From contig MU271264.1 in assembly GCA_021432655.1 (NCBI GenBank), positions 1 to 64,000 of the forward strand: 64,000 nucleotides of DNA, read 5' to 3'. Positions 49,001 to 61,638 of the stretch are shown piece by piece. Position numbers and translations under genes: made by a program. The DNA comes from Atractiella rhizophila (Eukaryota). Every line of letters begins with the position of its first letter. Position 1 is the first letter of the stretch. The notes beneath the pieces were generated by a model. It searched no databases. It saw only the letters and a list, made by a program, of their open reading frames with translations, and had not been told where the DNA came from.

Positions 49001-51084
49001 CTAGCTATCTGGTCGCAAAAAGTTACGAATAGTTTTCGGAAAATCCGCGAGCTCTGGCGAAGGATATCTGGCCTCTTCTGGGCCTACTTCCATTTGAATA
49101 TTATGACGGGCATCGAGTGAATCCAGGTCTTTCTCCAGCTGAGTGGTCCTGACAGCAAGGCCATGTGCGACCCACGAAGCGTGTTTATTGATCCTAACCA
49201 CCCTGGACATGCACATCAAGGGCATGAACACGTAAGTTCAGATTGCAACGTACTCTCGCAGGAAGCTCCTGTCAGCATGAGACCCCTTTCGCTCAAGCCA
49301 AGAGGCCAAAAGCTCATTTGAGAATGGTATGTGCTCGAGGTATAGCATGGCAGGCCACCATCCTTGCTCGATGGCTCGAAAGATGCCCATTTTCGTAGCT
49401 TTCATCCATCGAAGGATAAGTCGAGCCCAATGAAGGCATAGGGCAATGTCATCGTCACACAAGCGTTGGACAGCATCGTTTATTGACTTTAGACTTTCGC
49501 TCGGTGGGAGATGGCAGTTGCATTCTTCGACGTATCGCACCATGAAGAAGGTGTTGCCCGTTTGCTGAGAAAGAAAATGCTTCGAGGTAGACAGACCTTC
49601 TTCGACTCCGTTGGGACCTACGCAGAAAGGAGGTTTGAGACGGGTGAAGTCTGGATCGCTAATGAAGCGATATTGTGATCTTCGCCATTGCGCGTAAGCG
49701 TCGAGATGGGTAAGGATTTCTCTACATGTTTGCAGGGTGATGTCCTCCGTCGTGTTCTTCCCTTGTCGTAGATTATCCACTGCATGCCACTCTTCAGCTG
49801 AGCTTAAGAATTGGCTGAAGCGTACATGCGGAGACCATGTATCTTTTCAGAAGCAACAAGTGTCCCCAAACCGCATTATCATATCGTTCCGTTGCAAAAG
49901 GAGGAAGAGTTCCCACCGTGAAGCAGGATGGGTCTATAAAGAATTTGGTCTCGTACGGAACACCCCGAAAGCACTTCTTGACGAGTCCCAAGGGAACGAC
50001 GGGAGTGGATTCCGCGTGAGTGGAAACGGTCATATCGATAGCGAACAGGGGTTCGAAATATGATGCAGTGAGACGCTCCCGCTCTTCCGTGCTCGATATT
50101 CCCTTCCAAAAGTGCTCGAAATGCGACAACGCGAGCTTCAATAAACCCCTCGCAAAATTACGCCCGCCACGATCCGAGGGCTGAGGAAGATAGTCGGAAA
50201 GAAGCGTAAAGATGAGCGTCATCGACTGTTTCGTCGGTTGACGGAGGGGCGAGTCGTCTGCCAAAGCGATACTGAATATTTCGCGGCGCAAAGTGTCCCT
50301 GATATTGTTTCGTCTTCCAGAGTGTTCTCTCAGGTCGAGTAAAGACTGGTCTAGAGTCATCGCAGGGATTATTGGCTTCGAAAGCGAACCCAATATCTCC
50401 TAGAGAGAATGAGTGAGCAGTATGCAGACAATATGCTTGGTGAATTTCTCACAGAATGGGGAGAGTACCTCGCTCCACGCCTGAGCGCGAGGGCGAACCA
50501 GATGTTGACGAATCCTCCCAAAACTGCTCCGTCTTGTTTGAGAGTCCAATAGCTGTACCAACTTTCGGGGAACTTTGGGAGGCTTTCTTGGGCGTAGCCC
50601 TTTGGGATTTGCATTAATGAAACTGGGTTATCATCAGTAATAAAACAGTTGAGATTAAGATTAGGCGTCGACGAACTGGATAGAAGGTGGTCTCCGAATG
50701 AGATTATCCTGTGGAATTCTCCTAGTCGAGAATCGACAGAGGAGCACGCGATATTGATGCCGACTCCACCACCCTTCCCGATGGCGAGGGCTAACGTGGT
50801 AGCTATATTAGAATGAGGAGCATGTCGATGTGCCTCCTGTCGCTTATGGCGAGTTTGGTTGAGCGACCTCTTCTGTCCTGTGTCCTTTCGATTCCGTCGA
50901 AAGCTAAACTCACACCTTTCTCACCACTTTTGTAAGTGTTCCTTCGTTGCGTTCGATAATAAGTATTGGAGCCTCACCTGTCACCACTCGCGCTGCATTC
51001 TCGACACGGCGCCAGCGCACGCTGACCGCGAAGTCGTTCGCACTCGATAGACAACCGTCTGCAGCGTTCGCACGATTGTTTCAT
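49001..51084 (-). CDS. Zn(II)2Cys6 fungal transcription factor, multi-exon
   Basis: MKQSCERCRRLSIECERLRGQRALAPCRECSASGDR|CEF fits C-x2-C-x6-C-x11-C-x2-C-x6-C, split by an intron at 50916-50977. Downstream minus-strand ORFs (50369-50614, 49794-50393, 49238-49780, 49001-49231) supply the helical region. The true start may be further upstream. Confidence 0.75.
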
Positions 51085-52092
51085 CTGGGATGGTGCAGGC
51101 TAAGCTCCAACCCAGAGAAGAAGACTTTTCATCCGTACGTGCGCCAAGAAGGCATGAATGTAGTTTAGACAGGACCGGAAGTACGGTGGAGCGAAAATGT
51201 GGAAGATTGAGAGCTTCCGATCCAATGCGACGGCGCCGTGTTGCATGTATTGAGAACTTGCTTCACTTCCATGAAACAAGGAAGGACTGAAGGCATGCCT
51301 GTGTACTAGTACTCTCGTGGAGAACCGGAACGACCGTCTTTACTCTCATGGGAAATGAGCCTATAAACATGATAAAGTTATCGAAGCTTCACAATCATGA
51401 TTCCGCCTGTATTGTATGTATTGTGATAGGGCACGGTGTGCGCCATTCCATGACAGATGGTTTCTCGGCGCAGCAATCGTCGACAGCGACAGCCCTAACG
51501 CTACGCTCAGTCATCAACAAAGGGCTAGTCAATGAGTGCTGTGCAAGGCAAAACAAGTCGCCTTCTCGTCGCTTGAAGGCCAGACCATCTGATTTCATTC
51601 AGGGCACAACAGCTTCTGCACATCCCACGTCATCTGGGAATGGTAGGAAGTACGAAATGATCATTTGACTTTGTGGGAGGAGGAATCGCGATTTGCCCTC
51701 ACTCTATCTCTTCACCACGCTCGCACCACGCGAATGTGTATGCCCATCCGTTGCTTGCAGCTGGGACACACCTCACTCTTTGCCTATTGCTTCTGTGACT
51801 GAATCTAGCCAGCCACCATACCGTTCATGAGTGGGGACGGTCAGAGTCAGCGTAGCTGAAAACAAGGGAAAGTGGTTGATTGTGAGTCGGCATCTTAGCG
51901 GACAAAGAAAATTTACGCCCAACTCGTTTTCGACCACCACTTCGACGACGAAAACAACGATTTGGGGCGAGAATTGGCTGCATTGCTTGACCATCTCAGT
52001 CGTCTTAGCAGCGTAATAGCACAACCACCCGACTTCCGTCAGAAAATTGCACTCCCAAACCCCCGATCGCATTGGGGTCCAATCTCCACGAA

Positions 52093-53828
52093 ATGTCAGC
52101 GACGACCACCTCGACGGCAGCCTCCCCGCTCGTCTCCTTATCAGCAACAACAACCACAGGCGTAGGTGCTTCGCCAATGATGCCCAGTCCGAGCGGCAGC
52201 GGGAGCACGACCGCCAATCCGTACACGGTCATCGTCTCCTCGAAATCCTACCATCTCTCCCACGTCCAAATCACAAGCGACGCCCCCAACCTCTTCTCCG
52301 AACACTTCCTCTCCCCTGCCGCGAAGGCCGCCTCCGCACTCTCGCCCAACATCCCACCCACTTCCCTCTTCGGCTCCTCCTTCGCCCTCACTCAACAACC
52401 CATGGCACAGCAGCAGCCCCTGCCGCTCATTATACCGCATAAAAATGCCGCTATCTTTGAGCTGATAGTGCTCCATTTGAGCGGATACGATATTCTGCCA
52501 TTGGAGGAAAAACAGTGTCCGGCTGGGATGAATATGAGCAATTTCGAGAATAACCTCGTCACTGATTTACGGTTCTTTCGGTGCGTCTCTTCCTCCTCTA
52601 AAGGAAAGGGTGAATGAGTGTACCATCTAATTGGCTGTCGTTGCTCAGGCTGAGAGGATTGCTCGAGAAGCTATTCAACCTCAAAGCTCTCACCGTTCCC
52701 ATCCCAAAATCCCCTCCCGTCCCTCCGCTCGTATGGTGCAACGACGACATCGAACCCTTCTTCGACACCCCTTCGTCGTCCTCTACCTACCTCCGTCAAG
52801 TCGCCGGCCCATTCGACATCTCGCCACGCCCGCCGCCAGCGCAGAATAGCAACTTCAGACTAGCCTGGCCAGAGAGCGTCAGGTTCGTGGGCAAAGGGTT
52901 GATTGTTGCGGATGGAAAGAATGGGGAGACTGGGAGACCGTTGTTGCTTAGGGCTAAGAATGTGCAGGTTATGTTTCAGCTGGATTTGGGCGAGAGTACG
53001 TCCGTTCTTTGTTACATCATCCAGCGATTGGAGGAAAGGATGGTGTTGAGATTTTGCCTTTGTGGGAACAGTGTGTGTAAGGGTCAGCTTCAAGTTTATG
53101 GTCGCTTCCGACAGGAAATTCCTACTCGCAAAAGTGCCAACACTCCTCATGGCACCCGTGCGTCTCCTTCCCAACATCTCCACCAAAGAGTCAAGCTAAC
53201 ATAACATCAATCGTTCGTCGCAGACATGGCTAAACGGCGAATCGCTCCTGACAGCCTCGCTAACGCTAAACTCCTTCCAAACCTCCTTCCACCAACTCCT
53301 CGCCTGGTACTTCGTCCGCACCCGTCCACTCGCGCCTCCGACCGCGAACGCGTACAGCCGATACGACTACCTAGCGCCGCTGGACAAGATCATCGGCGTG
53401 CCCTTTTGGGTGCAGAGGCCGGAGAACGTGCCCAAGTTGAGGATACCGATGGTCGCCGACGAGATGCTCTTCTATGTCTTGAAGGGCGACAATCAGGCGG
53501 AGGGCTTCATCGTCCCTGTTTGGATCAATGGTATTTCCTCCGAAATCGGATTTGTCGGTCCGGCGTCCTGATATGCTTTGGATGTAGGAAAGACGATGCA
53601 GGCGTTTTGGGCTAGTTTGGCGTCTGGAGCTAGCGTCGCCACCGGACAAGGGAACGGGTCTCCCACTGGAGTAAGCTTTTCTTTTTATCTTTCTTCCCCT
53701 ATACCTTTAGTTGCACAAAGTGCGAAAATGACCTTGTGATTGGGTAGACACGAGACTCTAATCCCCCGTCGGCACGAATCACAACGCCCGGATTGGCGGA
53801 GGAGAGGGACTTTGGAAGCTTGTTCTAA
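52093..53828 (+). CDS. BTB/POZ-like domain protein (fungal)
   Basis: YTVIVSSKSYHLSHVQITSDAPNLFSEHF...KNAAIFELIVLHLSGYDILPL...NLVTDLRFFRLRGLLEKL matches a fungal BTB-like pattern; spliced model ends ...ERDFGSLF*. Confidence 0.7.
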
Positions 53829-54246
53829 GTCCAAGTTCAGTGCATCGCATTCATGTTTGATTTCTTTTGGTTTGTTTCTCTCCTCCTCCTCCTCCTCTTC
53901 CTCCAGATTATTGTTGACAACAAGGTTCTTTAGGCTTCATTTCGTTTCGGTTGTGTCTTGTCGAAAAGGGTACCCGTCGTAGGGTCGGACGTCGGACGCT
54001 AGATATTTAGAAAAAGTATGTTCCTCGGGAATGTAAACAAGGAAGGGGAGAAATAAGAAAAGACGGATGGAGGGAGGAGAACGGAAAGGCAAGGGCCGGC
54101 TTTGAAGGGCTCTGAAGGAGTCCTTAACGCCTGTCGTCGATTGATTCATTGTCTGGTGGAAGCAACAAGCAACGTTGAAGGGTGAAGTGGAGTGTTGTGA
54201 AAAGTATTATTCCTTCGATTGCGTTTGCACGATTTTGATTACTTCT

Positions 54247-54270
54247 TGATTGATTGATTGATTGATTGAT
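54247..54270. repeat. (TGAT)6 microsatellite
   Basis: Six perfect TGAT units; a shorter copy near 54325. Confidence 0.85.
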
Positions 54271-54658
54271 GATGAGTTCGACGAGATTCGGCGTGTTGTT
54301 GTGAGAATTATTTTCGTACGGTCGATTGATTGATTGCTTGGTTACCACTTCAAAGGATTTGATTCAAGTTATATACCTTTTAGTTGTCGTGTACAATCAA
54401 ATCCTTATCATCATCACACGTCTCTTGGTGAATTGCTCGAACTGTCCATTGTAGGAAACGGTTCCTCTCAGGTTTAAAGTGTTTTAGCGGATTTGCAAGT
54501 CAGGTTGGCCTGGAAAAAAATACACATCCGAAATTGAATTAGACACTTGTCACAGGCAAATTTAGGCTCCGGCAAACATTGGAATGTTGGATTGACATGA
54601 AACAGCATGAAGCATTGGAGATCGAGTCATCCAGCAACATTGATCTCAACGGACGGCG

Positions 54659-56583
54659 ATGTACAAGGAAGACAATTGGGATATGGATGTTCCTTTGGAG
54701 GAAGTTGCAGCTTGTGAGCAGGGTTGTAAGTTCTCCACTTGTCAATGTTCTTGTGAAGTTGAGGTTCTTGACCTTCGAACTTCATTGTTCAACGTTCGTC
54801 CCTGGCGGCTTTCTTCCCTTCTTAATGCTGCTGAAGCAGAAGGCGGTTGAAAATCTGGGTATCCTAGTGATCTCTCTAGCTTTCAAGGATCGTTATTGTG
54901 TGAAATCTGACGTTGCGAACAGCAAGCTTTAGGACGCAGAAGCCTCTTTCTTTGCCAAATGAAGTGCTTGAAGAAATCCTGTTTCATCTTCCTCCACGAG
55001 TTATCCGCAGACATGACTCTCGAGCTGCCGCCCTCGCGGCAACCTCGCTCGTGTGTAAGGTACGCAGGGAGTTCTTCTACGTCATGCGTTCATCTTTGTT
55101 TGGGTAGCAATGGTACGGAGCGTCTCAACGCTTGCTCTATCGGGAAGTGGATCTGAAAGATATGTCCCGCGAGACAATCAAGATCGTCAAGGTGCTTTCG
55201 AAAGAAGAATCCAAGAGAGATCTGGTCAGGTCTGTCATTGGAGAAATGATGAAGGCTTTTCCCATCTTACAAATGGCGGCTGCTTCAATCACAAACCTCA
55301 ACCTCGAAACCGTCGCCTCACATGTCTACACTCTTCCTCCGTTTCCAAATCTTTTGGTTTTGAAGTACACGACAAAACGGACGGAGTCCACATTTCAAGC
55401 AGTCTTTTCTAGCAGCATCCTTGCGATTTTTCCTCATCTACATAAGAGTTCAAGACTTCAGAGCTTGTCCCTCGGAGGAGAGGTATCTCTTCGATATCCA
55501 AACCCGAACGATAACATCCTATTGCCTGACTTAGCTTCCTTGACGGATTTGAAGATCGAGGATTATCGTGCTTCAGAATCGCAGCCTCTGACGCTGCTTT
55601 TCCCTCTTGGGGAATCTAAATTGAAGAGACTTTGCGTTGAGAAAATCGGATTGGCATTCTGGCGCCATATCGTCGATTTGGTGACCTTGGCGCAGAGTAC
55701 CTTAGAATCTCTCCGGCTTCAAGTTTTCAGAAACGTATATTCTAGTGGGGAGACAGTTTCTGAGTACCGATGTCTTCCCCAGTTACCGGAGCTGCGACAT
55801 CTCTCTGTCGTCGAGAGCGATGATCCCGGGGCCATGCTTTGGTACTTGAGTCCAAGTCAGGATCCTGCAGCAACTCCCTTCTTCGCGCTATTTCCACAAA
55901 TCTCAATGTCTCGTCATCTAACCAGTTTGGAAGTTGATCAACTTGCTTTCGTTTCACACGAGGGAATGCCAAAAACACTTCCTCTCCTTTCTCTCAAAAA
56001 ATTATCCGCACGTCAAATTCCTCAACTCGATCCCCAGATATTTTCAGCGATGTTTAGTCAATCCGAAAGTCTTGATTATGTAGAACTGAAACACAATTAC
56101 GTTGGGCTAGGACGCCACGAGCCACTTGTTTCCATCATACAGTCACTCCATTCGAAGGTTCCTCTCTCCATAGCAATAGGGGCTACGGCAGAGGCCGTTG
56201 ATGCAGCTGTGGCGGTGTGTCGGGCAGCCCTCCACCATTCAAAGATTGAAATCACCATCCAGGCCCCATTGTTGGCTGAAAATGAGGAGTTTTTTCGTTT
56301 CTTGGAAGAAAAGGACGCTGCCATCGAGATTCTGCAGCTTCAGTTCGGATCAGTGCAATTTTTCAGATCTGGTCGTCGCACTGAATTTGTTATTACTGCG
56401 CTTAAAACCATAGAAGGTAAATTGAAGCACAGTGACGCTTTACGAAACCTCAGGGAACTTAGACTACGTTTTCTTTTCCTTGAGGGTATTTATCATCGCA
56501 AAGATCAAGTTCGTGCTGAAGAAGACCGCCTCAATGTAGCTCTAGACAGAAGAGGCATAGTTCATACTTGCGAATATGCCTAA
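54659..56583 (+). CDS. F-box protein with LRR-like (RNI-like) repeats
   Basis: F-box motif LSLPNEVLEEILFHL...LAATSLVCK|QWYGASQRLLYREVDL, then repeated LxxLxL units (LQSLSL, LTDLKI, LKRLCV, LESLRL, LRHLSV, LTSLEV). Exon 1 (54659-54725) is tentative. Confidence 0.78.
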
Positions 56584-58101
56584 CACGATCCTCTGAGCTT
56601 TGTAAAGTGCTTTCCAATACACCTTTGGTGGAGTCAAAGGACATTGGTATTTCCAGAGTGCTCGTCTTCAGGAAAACAAGCTGGCCCATGTGTTTACATA
56701 GCTTAATGCACAATAATACAGTATCAAACAGTTCCACTTTTCCGCCCGTCAAAATTTTGCGCGAAGGCCGTTTATCGGTTTTCTAGCGCTTCCAACTCGC
56801 GTTCTTTTCCTCGTGCAGCCTCCAATCGAAACTCCAGCTTTTGAGTATCTGAGCATGTCAGCCGAAGTAGAAGACCAGGTGCCTAAGCCCGAAGGCGCTG
56901 AGGTGGCTGAGAATGGGATAAATGGGAATGGGAATGAGAATGGGACGAATGGACACGCGGAGGATGATGGGACCACGATCGGTGAAGGTGTGTATCCATT
57001 TCAAGCGGTATGAAGATGAGCTGGTAGGTGGCATGAGGCACCGCACGTCAAATTCCTCAACTCGATCCCCAGATATTTTCAGCGATGTTTAGTCAATCCG
57101 AAAGTCTTGATTATGTAGAACTGAAACACAATTACATTGGGCTGGGACGTCACGAGCCACTTGTTTCCATCATACAGTCACTCCATTCGAAGGTTCCTCT
57201 TGCTATAACAATAGGGGCCACCTCAGAAGCTGTTGACGCAGCTGTAGCAGTATGTCGGGCAGCGCTCCACCATTCAAAGATTGATATCACCGTCCAAGGT
57301 CCATTATTGGCTGAAAATGAGGAGTTTTTTCGTTTCCTGGAAGAAAAGGACGCTGCCATCGAGATTCTGCAGCTTCAGTTCGGATCTGTGCAATTTTTCA
57401 ACTCTAGTCGTCGCACCAAATTTGTTATGACCGCGCTTAAAGCCATGGAAGGTAAATTGAAGCACGGTGACGCTTTGCGAAACCTCAGGGAACTCAGACT
57501 ACGTTTTCTTTTCGTTGAGGGTATTTATCATCGCAAAGATCAAGTTCGTGTTGAGGAAGACCGCCTCAATGTAGTTCTCGACAGAAGAGGCATAGTTCAT
57601 ACCTGCGAATATGCCTAACACGATCCTCTGAGCTTTGCAAAGTGCTTTCCATTACACCTTTGGTGGAGTCAAAGGACATTGGTATTTCCAGAATGCTCGT
57701 CTTCAGGAAAAGAAGTTGGCCCATGTGTTTACATAGCTTAATATGCACCAATCCTCAGTAATACAAGAATGCTAGTACTCTTGATTCAAACAGTTGCACT
57801 TTTCCGCCCGTCAAAATTTAGCGCGAAGGCCGTTTATCGGTTTTCTAGCGCTTCCAACTCGCGTTCTTTTCCTCGTGCAGCCTCCAATCGAAACTCCAGC
57901 TTTTGAGTATCTGAGCATGTCAGCCGAAGTAGAAGACCAGGTGCCTAAGCCCGAAGGCGCTGAGGTGGCTGAGAATGGGATAAATGGGAATGGGAATGAG
58001 AATGGGGCGAATGGACACGCGGAGGACGATGGGACTACGATCGGTGAAGGTGTGTATCCATTTCAAGCGGTATGAAGATGAGCTGGCACATGGCATGAGG
58101 C
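56006..58101 (+). repeat. ~1.04-kb diverged tandem duplication (3' end of F-box gene plus exon 1 of the next gene)
   Basis: Copy 1 is 56006-57040 and copy 2 is 57041-~58101. Both start CCGCACGTCAAATTCC; they differ by scattered SNPs and an intergenic indel. Confidence 0.92.
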
Positions 58102-61100
58102 GTTGTGCTGGCCTTTGACGGCTTCTGCACTTATCTTACTTTGGAAGGACCACTGCACTTTCAGAAGGGGACAAGCTGGACAAGGAAGTTGGATTGAGAA
58201 GCATATCCTCCCTTACTGCTTCCTTTTTCTCAACACAAGCGTGAAGCGAAGTGGCAGCACCTATATGCAGCTTAAGAACGTGCCAAGGGCCGTTATTAAA
58301 GCTTCCCTCAGTAGAGATATTCGCTGAAGAATTGTTCGGTCTTATTTGCGCACAAACGACGTGTCTGGATCCTCCATGCCAGGACGTTCTTCTTACGTGG
58401 AGTCCTGCTTGGGAGAAGGGTACCAATGTGACTGGTGTCCAGCTTGAGCCACGTATGCTGTCCGAAAAGGCGATTAGACACAGAAAACAGTTCCAAATAG
58501 CCGATTGTGTTAATCACTTGCTGTTCTTTCTAAAGCTTGTGGCTGCCTGCTGACTGAATAAGTGTGCTAGTTTTCCCTATGCAGAGATCTTATGAAGTAG
58601 AATATGGCGCTGACATCGGATCTTTTAGCTGTGACCACCGATGCCACCCCACCAGCTTCCTCTCCCACACCAACCGACCCAGCTACGCCTTCCGCCCCCG
58701 CCGCTAAGCCGGGCGAAAAAGCAAAAGTCCCGACTGCCAAAGTGAGCGCTGGCGTGAGATCTCCACTAAAGAAACCAGCCGGAACCACCACAGCAGCAGG
58801 AGCTCGCCCGGCTGCCTCTTCCACCACAACCGCGACGAAGACGGGTGTCAAACCATCCGCTACGGCAACAACCAAAGCGCCTGCCGCTACTACCGCCGCT
58901 TCTAAAGCACCTCTCAAAGCTGCTTCAACTGCCACAAAACCGACAACTGCTACAACGAAGACAACTACCGCTTCCAAACCTCCCGCTACTGGCACCACCA
59001 CCACTTCCACAGCACCAAAACGGACTTCTCTAGCTTCTTCAACTGCCACCAAACCCGTTGCCTCTACCACGGCAGCAGCAGGCACAGCAGCGAAGCCAAC
59101 GCATGGTCGGACACCAAGTATCGCGACGGCGGGAACCACCACTCGTACAACGGCAGCTACAAAACCAGCTGCTTCCTCTACCACCGCTGCCGCTACGACG
59201 AAAGTTGCTCCTACCCGTACAAGCGCTTCCACTACAGCGACGAAGAGCACGGCTGCTCCGGCAGTGAAGAGGACCAGTGTCTCCACTGGGAGCGGAGCCG
59301 CAACTGCAGCGAAGGGTAGTGCAGGAGCGGGAGAGAGCAAGGAGTCGGAGAAGAAGATTGCTGAGCTTGAAGCGGCGTTGGTGGAGAAGGAAGCGCTGAT
59401 TTCTACGATTAATACGGAGCTGGAAGGGCTGAAAGGAACGATTGAAGAGCTGATGACGTTGAAAGTCAAATATGAAGAGAGTACAGGTATGACGGACGCC
59501 TCGCTGCTCGCCGCTCAACAGGAGCTAGCCGCTGCTAACGAGAAGCTCGCTACATTGGAAGGCTCGGATACTTCGAATGCGGAGAAGCTCAAGGAGTTGA
59601 TTGAGAATCAGGAGCGGGCGTTGAAGGATGTGGAGGAGGCTAGGGCGGAGGGAGAGAAGCTTAGGGAGGAATTGGAAGGGGGAAAGGAGAGCCATGCGAG
59701 GGCGATAGCTGAGATGATTGAGGGTCATGGGAAGGAGAAGGAGACCTTGAAGAGCGCGGTAGAGGAGGAGAAAGCCTCGTTATCTGTTCAGATTGAGGAG
59801 TTGAAGAAAGAACTGGAAGGCGTTAAAGAGGAGAAGAAGGCATTGGAGGAAGAGTTGGAGAAGGCGAAGGCGGATTACGAGGCGAAACTCGCCTCTTTAA
59901 CATCTGAAGGAGAATCTAAGGCATCCCAGGAGCTGGAAGCCCTCAAATCCTCCCATGCCCAAGAGTTGGACTCTCTTAAATCTTCACACGCTGAACAGCT
60001 CTCCTCCCTTGAATCGAAGCATGCTGAAATCCTAAAGACTGCCACCGATGCGCAAGCCAGCGCTGCCGTCGCTCTAGCAGAGGCTCAAGCAGCGACGGAC
60101 GTCGCCTTGCAGGGTCTGCGGGAAGAGCATTCGACGGAACGAGAGAAGTTGTTGAAAGAGGCGGAAGAGAATTCTACGAATATTAAGGAGGCTGGTGCGA
60201 AGGAATTGGAGGCTCAAAAGGAGTTGTTGGAGCAGTTGAGAGAGGAAGGCGAAAGGAAAGTGGAGGACATAAAGAAGGCATCGTTGGAGGAACTAGAGGC
60301 AAAACAAAAGCTATGGGATGAGGAGAAGGAGACACTTAATGTTCAGATGAGCAAGCTCGTGGACCAGGTTTCGGTGCGTTCTTTTTTGCGCTGCGGCTCT
60401 ATATTGTGTGAGACTGAGTGCAACAACAGAATATGGAGGAAGAGTACAACGCGAAACTTGAAGCAGCAAAGAACGAGGCAAGAGGAGAGGCCAGCTCGGG
60501 TCATCAAGATGAGTTGAGCCAGTTACGGAAAACAATGGAGGAGTCCATTCAGCAGGTTTGTTTCTGCCATTCTCGATGTGAGCAATGGTTAATGGGACGA
60601 GGAACAGTTCCGGGCATCCCAACAAGCTGAGATTGAGTCGATCACCAGTTCGAATGCGGCCAAAATCACTTCTCTAGAAGCAGACCACCAATCAGCCCTC
60701 GGAACGCTGCAAATGAATCTGAACGCGACAGAGTCTGACCTCGTCAAATTCAAGACTATGGCTGCTACCCTTCAAGAACAGCTCGAAGATGCGCAAGAAA
60801 AAGCACGCCAGCTGGAGGTTCGGTATGCTGCTCAGGCTGCTTCAGCATCAGAGGACAAATCGGAAGCAGATAAAGCGAAGGATGTGCGGATCGCTGGGTT
60901 GGAGCACGAGTTGAAGACTTTGACAGAGTCACTCAAGAGTTCTGAGGAAGCACAAAAGGAAGCAGAGAAGACTCATCAAACGATGCTCGATTCACTTTCC
61001 AAGATTCACGAGGAGAACACGAAAACGAAGACCGAGGAATGGGTGTTAGATCTCAAACGGGTTGAGGACAGGCTCGCTCAATCGAATGCTGAGCACCGTG

Positions 61101-61366
61101 CTCAGATCAAGGAGTTGATGGACGAGCTGGAGAGAGAGCGGTCAAAGATTCCTCCCACGCCCCCGACTGGGAGTGAGGAGACCGGGATCGGTGCTTCGGA
61201 GTTGAAGGCAATCCATGAAGCTCACAACGCGAAGATGAAGGAGTTGCAGCAAGAGGTGGATCGACTGACGGAGGAGAATAAGAAGGTGAACGATGAGAAA
61301 GAAGAGTTGGAGATGAAGGTCCACTTTTTGGAACAGGATACGGAGGACGATAAGAAGGATGCATAA
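57917..61366 (+). CDS. Long coiled-coil protein with basic Thr/Ala/Lys-rich N-terminal region (possibly cytoskeleton-associated)
   Basis: Exon 1 MSAEVEDQ...TIGE (57917-58049) joins in frame across a 579-nt intron to AVTTDATPP. About 250 aa of T/A/K/P low complexity follow, then an E/K/L heptad-rich tail over further exons. Confidence 0.78.
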
Positions 61367-61638
61367 ACAGGTTCCCATTTCACATGTGATTTGCAGTTTC
61401 TTAATTCTTTCCCTTGTCAATTCCAGCCTCTCATTAAAGCAACCTACAATCGGGATACCCATATTAGCCAAAGTAGTAGGGATTACAATTTGTCTCTTTT
61501 GTTTATGAATATCCTCCTCGCACCCTCTGCAATGCTAACGAGCAAATGACGACCAAACGGTGACCATGTACACCTTGTATCCCAAGAAAGACTTGCAGTA
61601 CAACATTAAACGAAACGTAGCACTGTTAACTCCCTTCC

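Noticed and set aside
57085..57618. Separate 177-aa gene
   Set aside because: It is the duplicated or allelic 3' part of the F-box gene, with no promoter or N-terminus of its own.
58567..59469. 300-aa hydrophobic minus-strand ORF
   Set aside because: Antisense shadow of the Thr/Ala-rich region of the coiled-coil gene.
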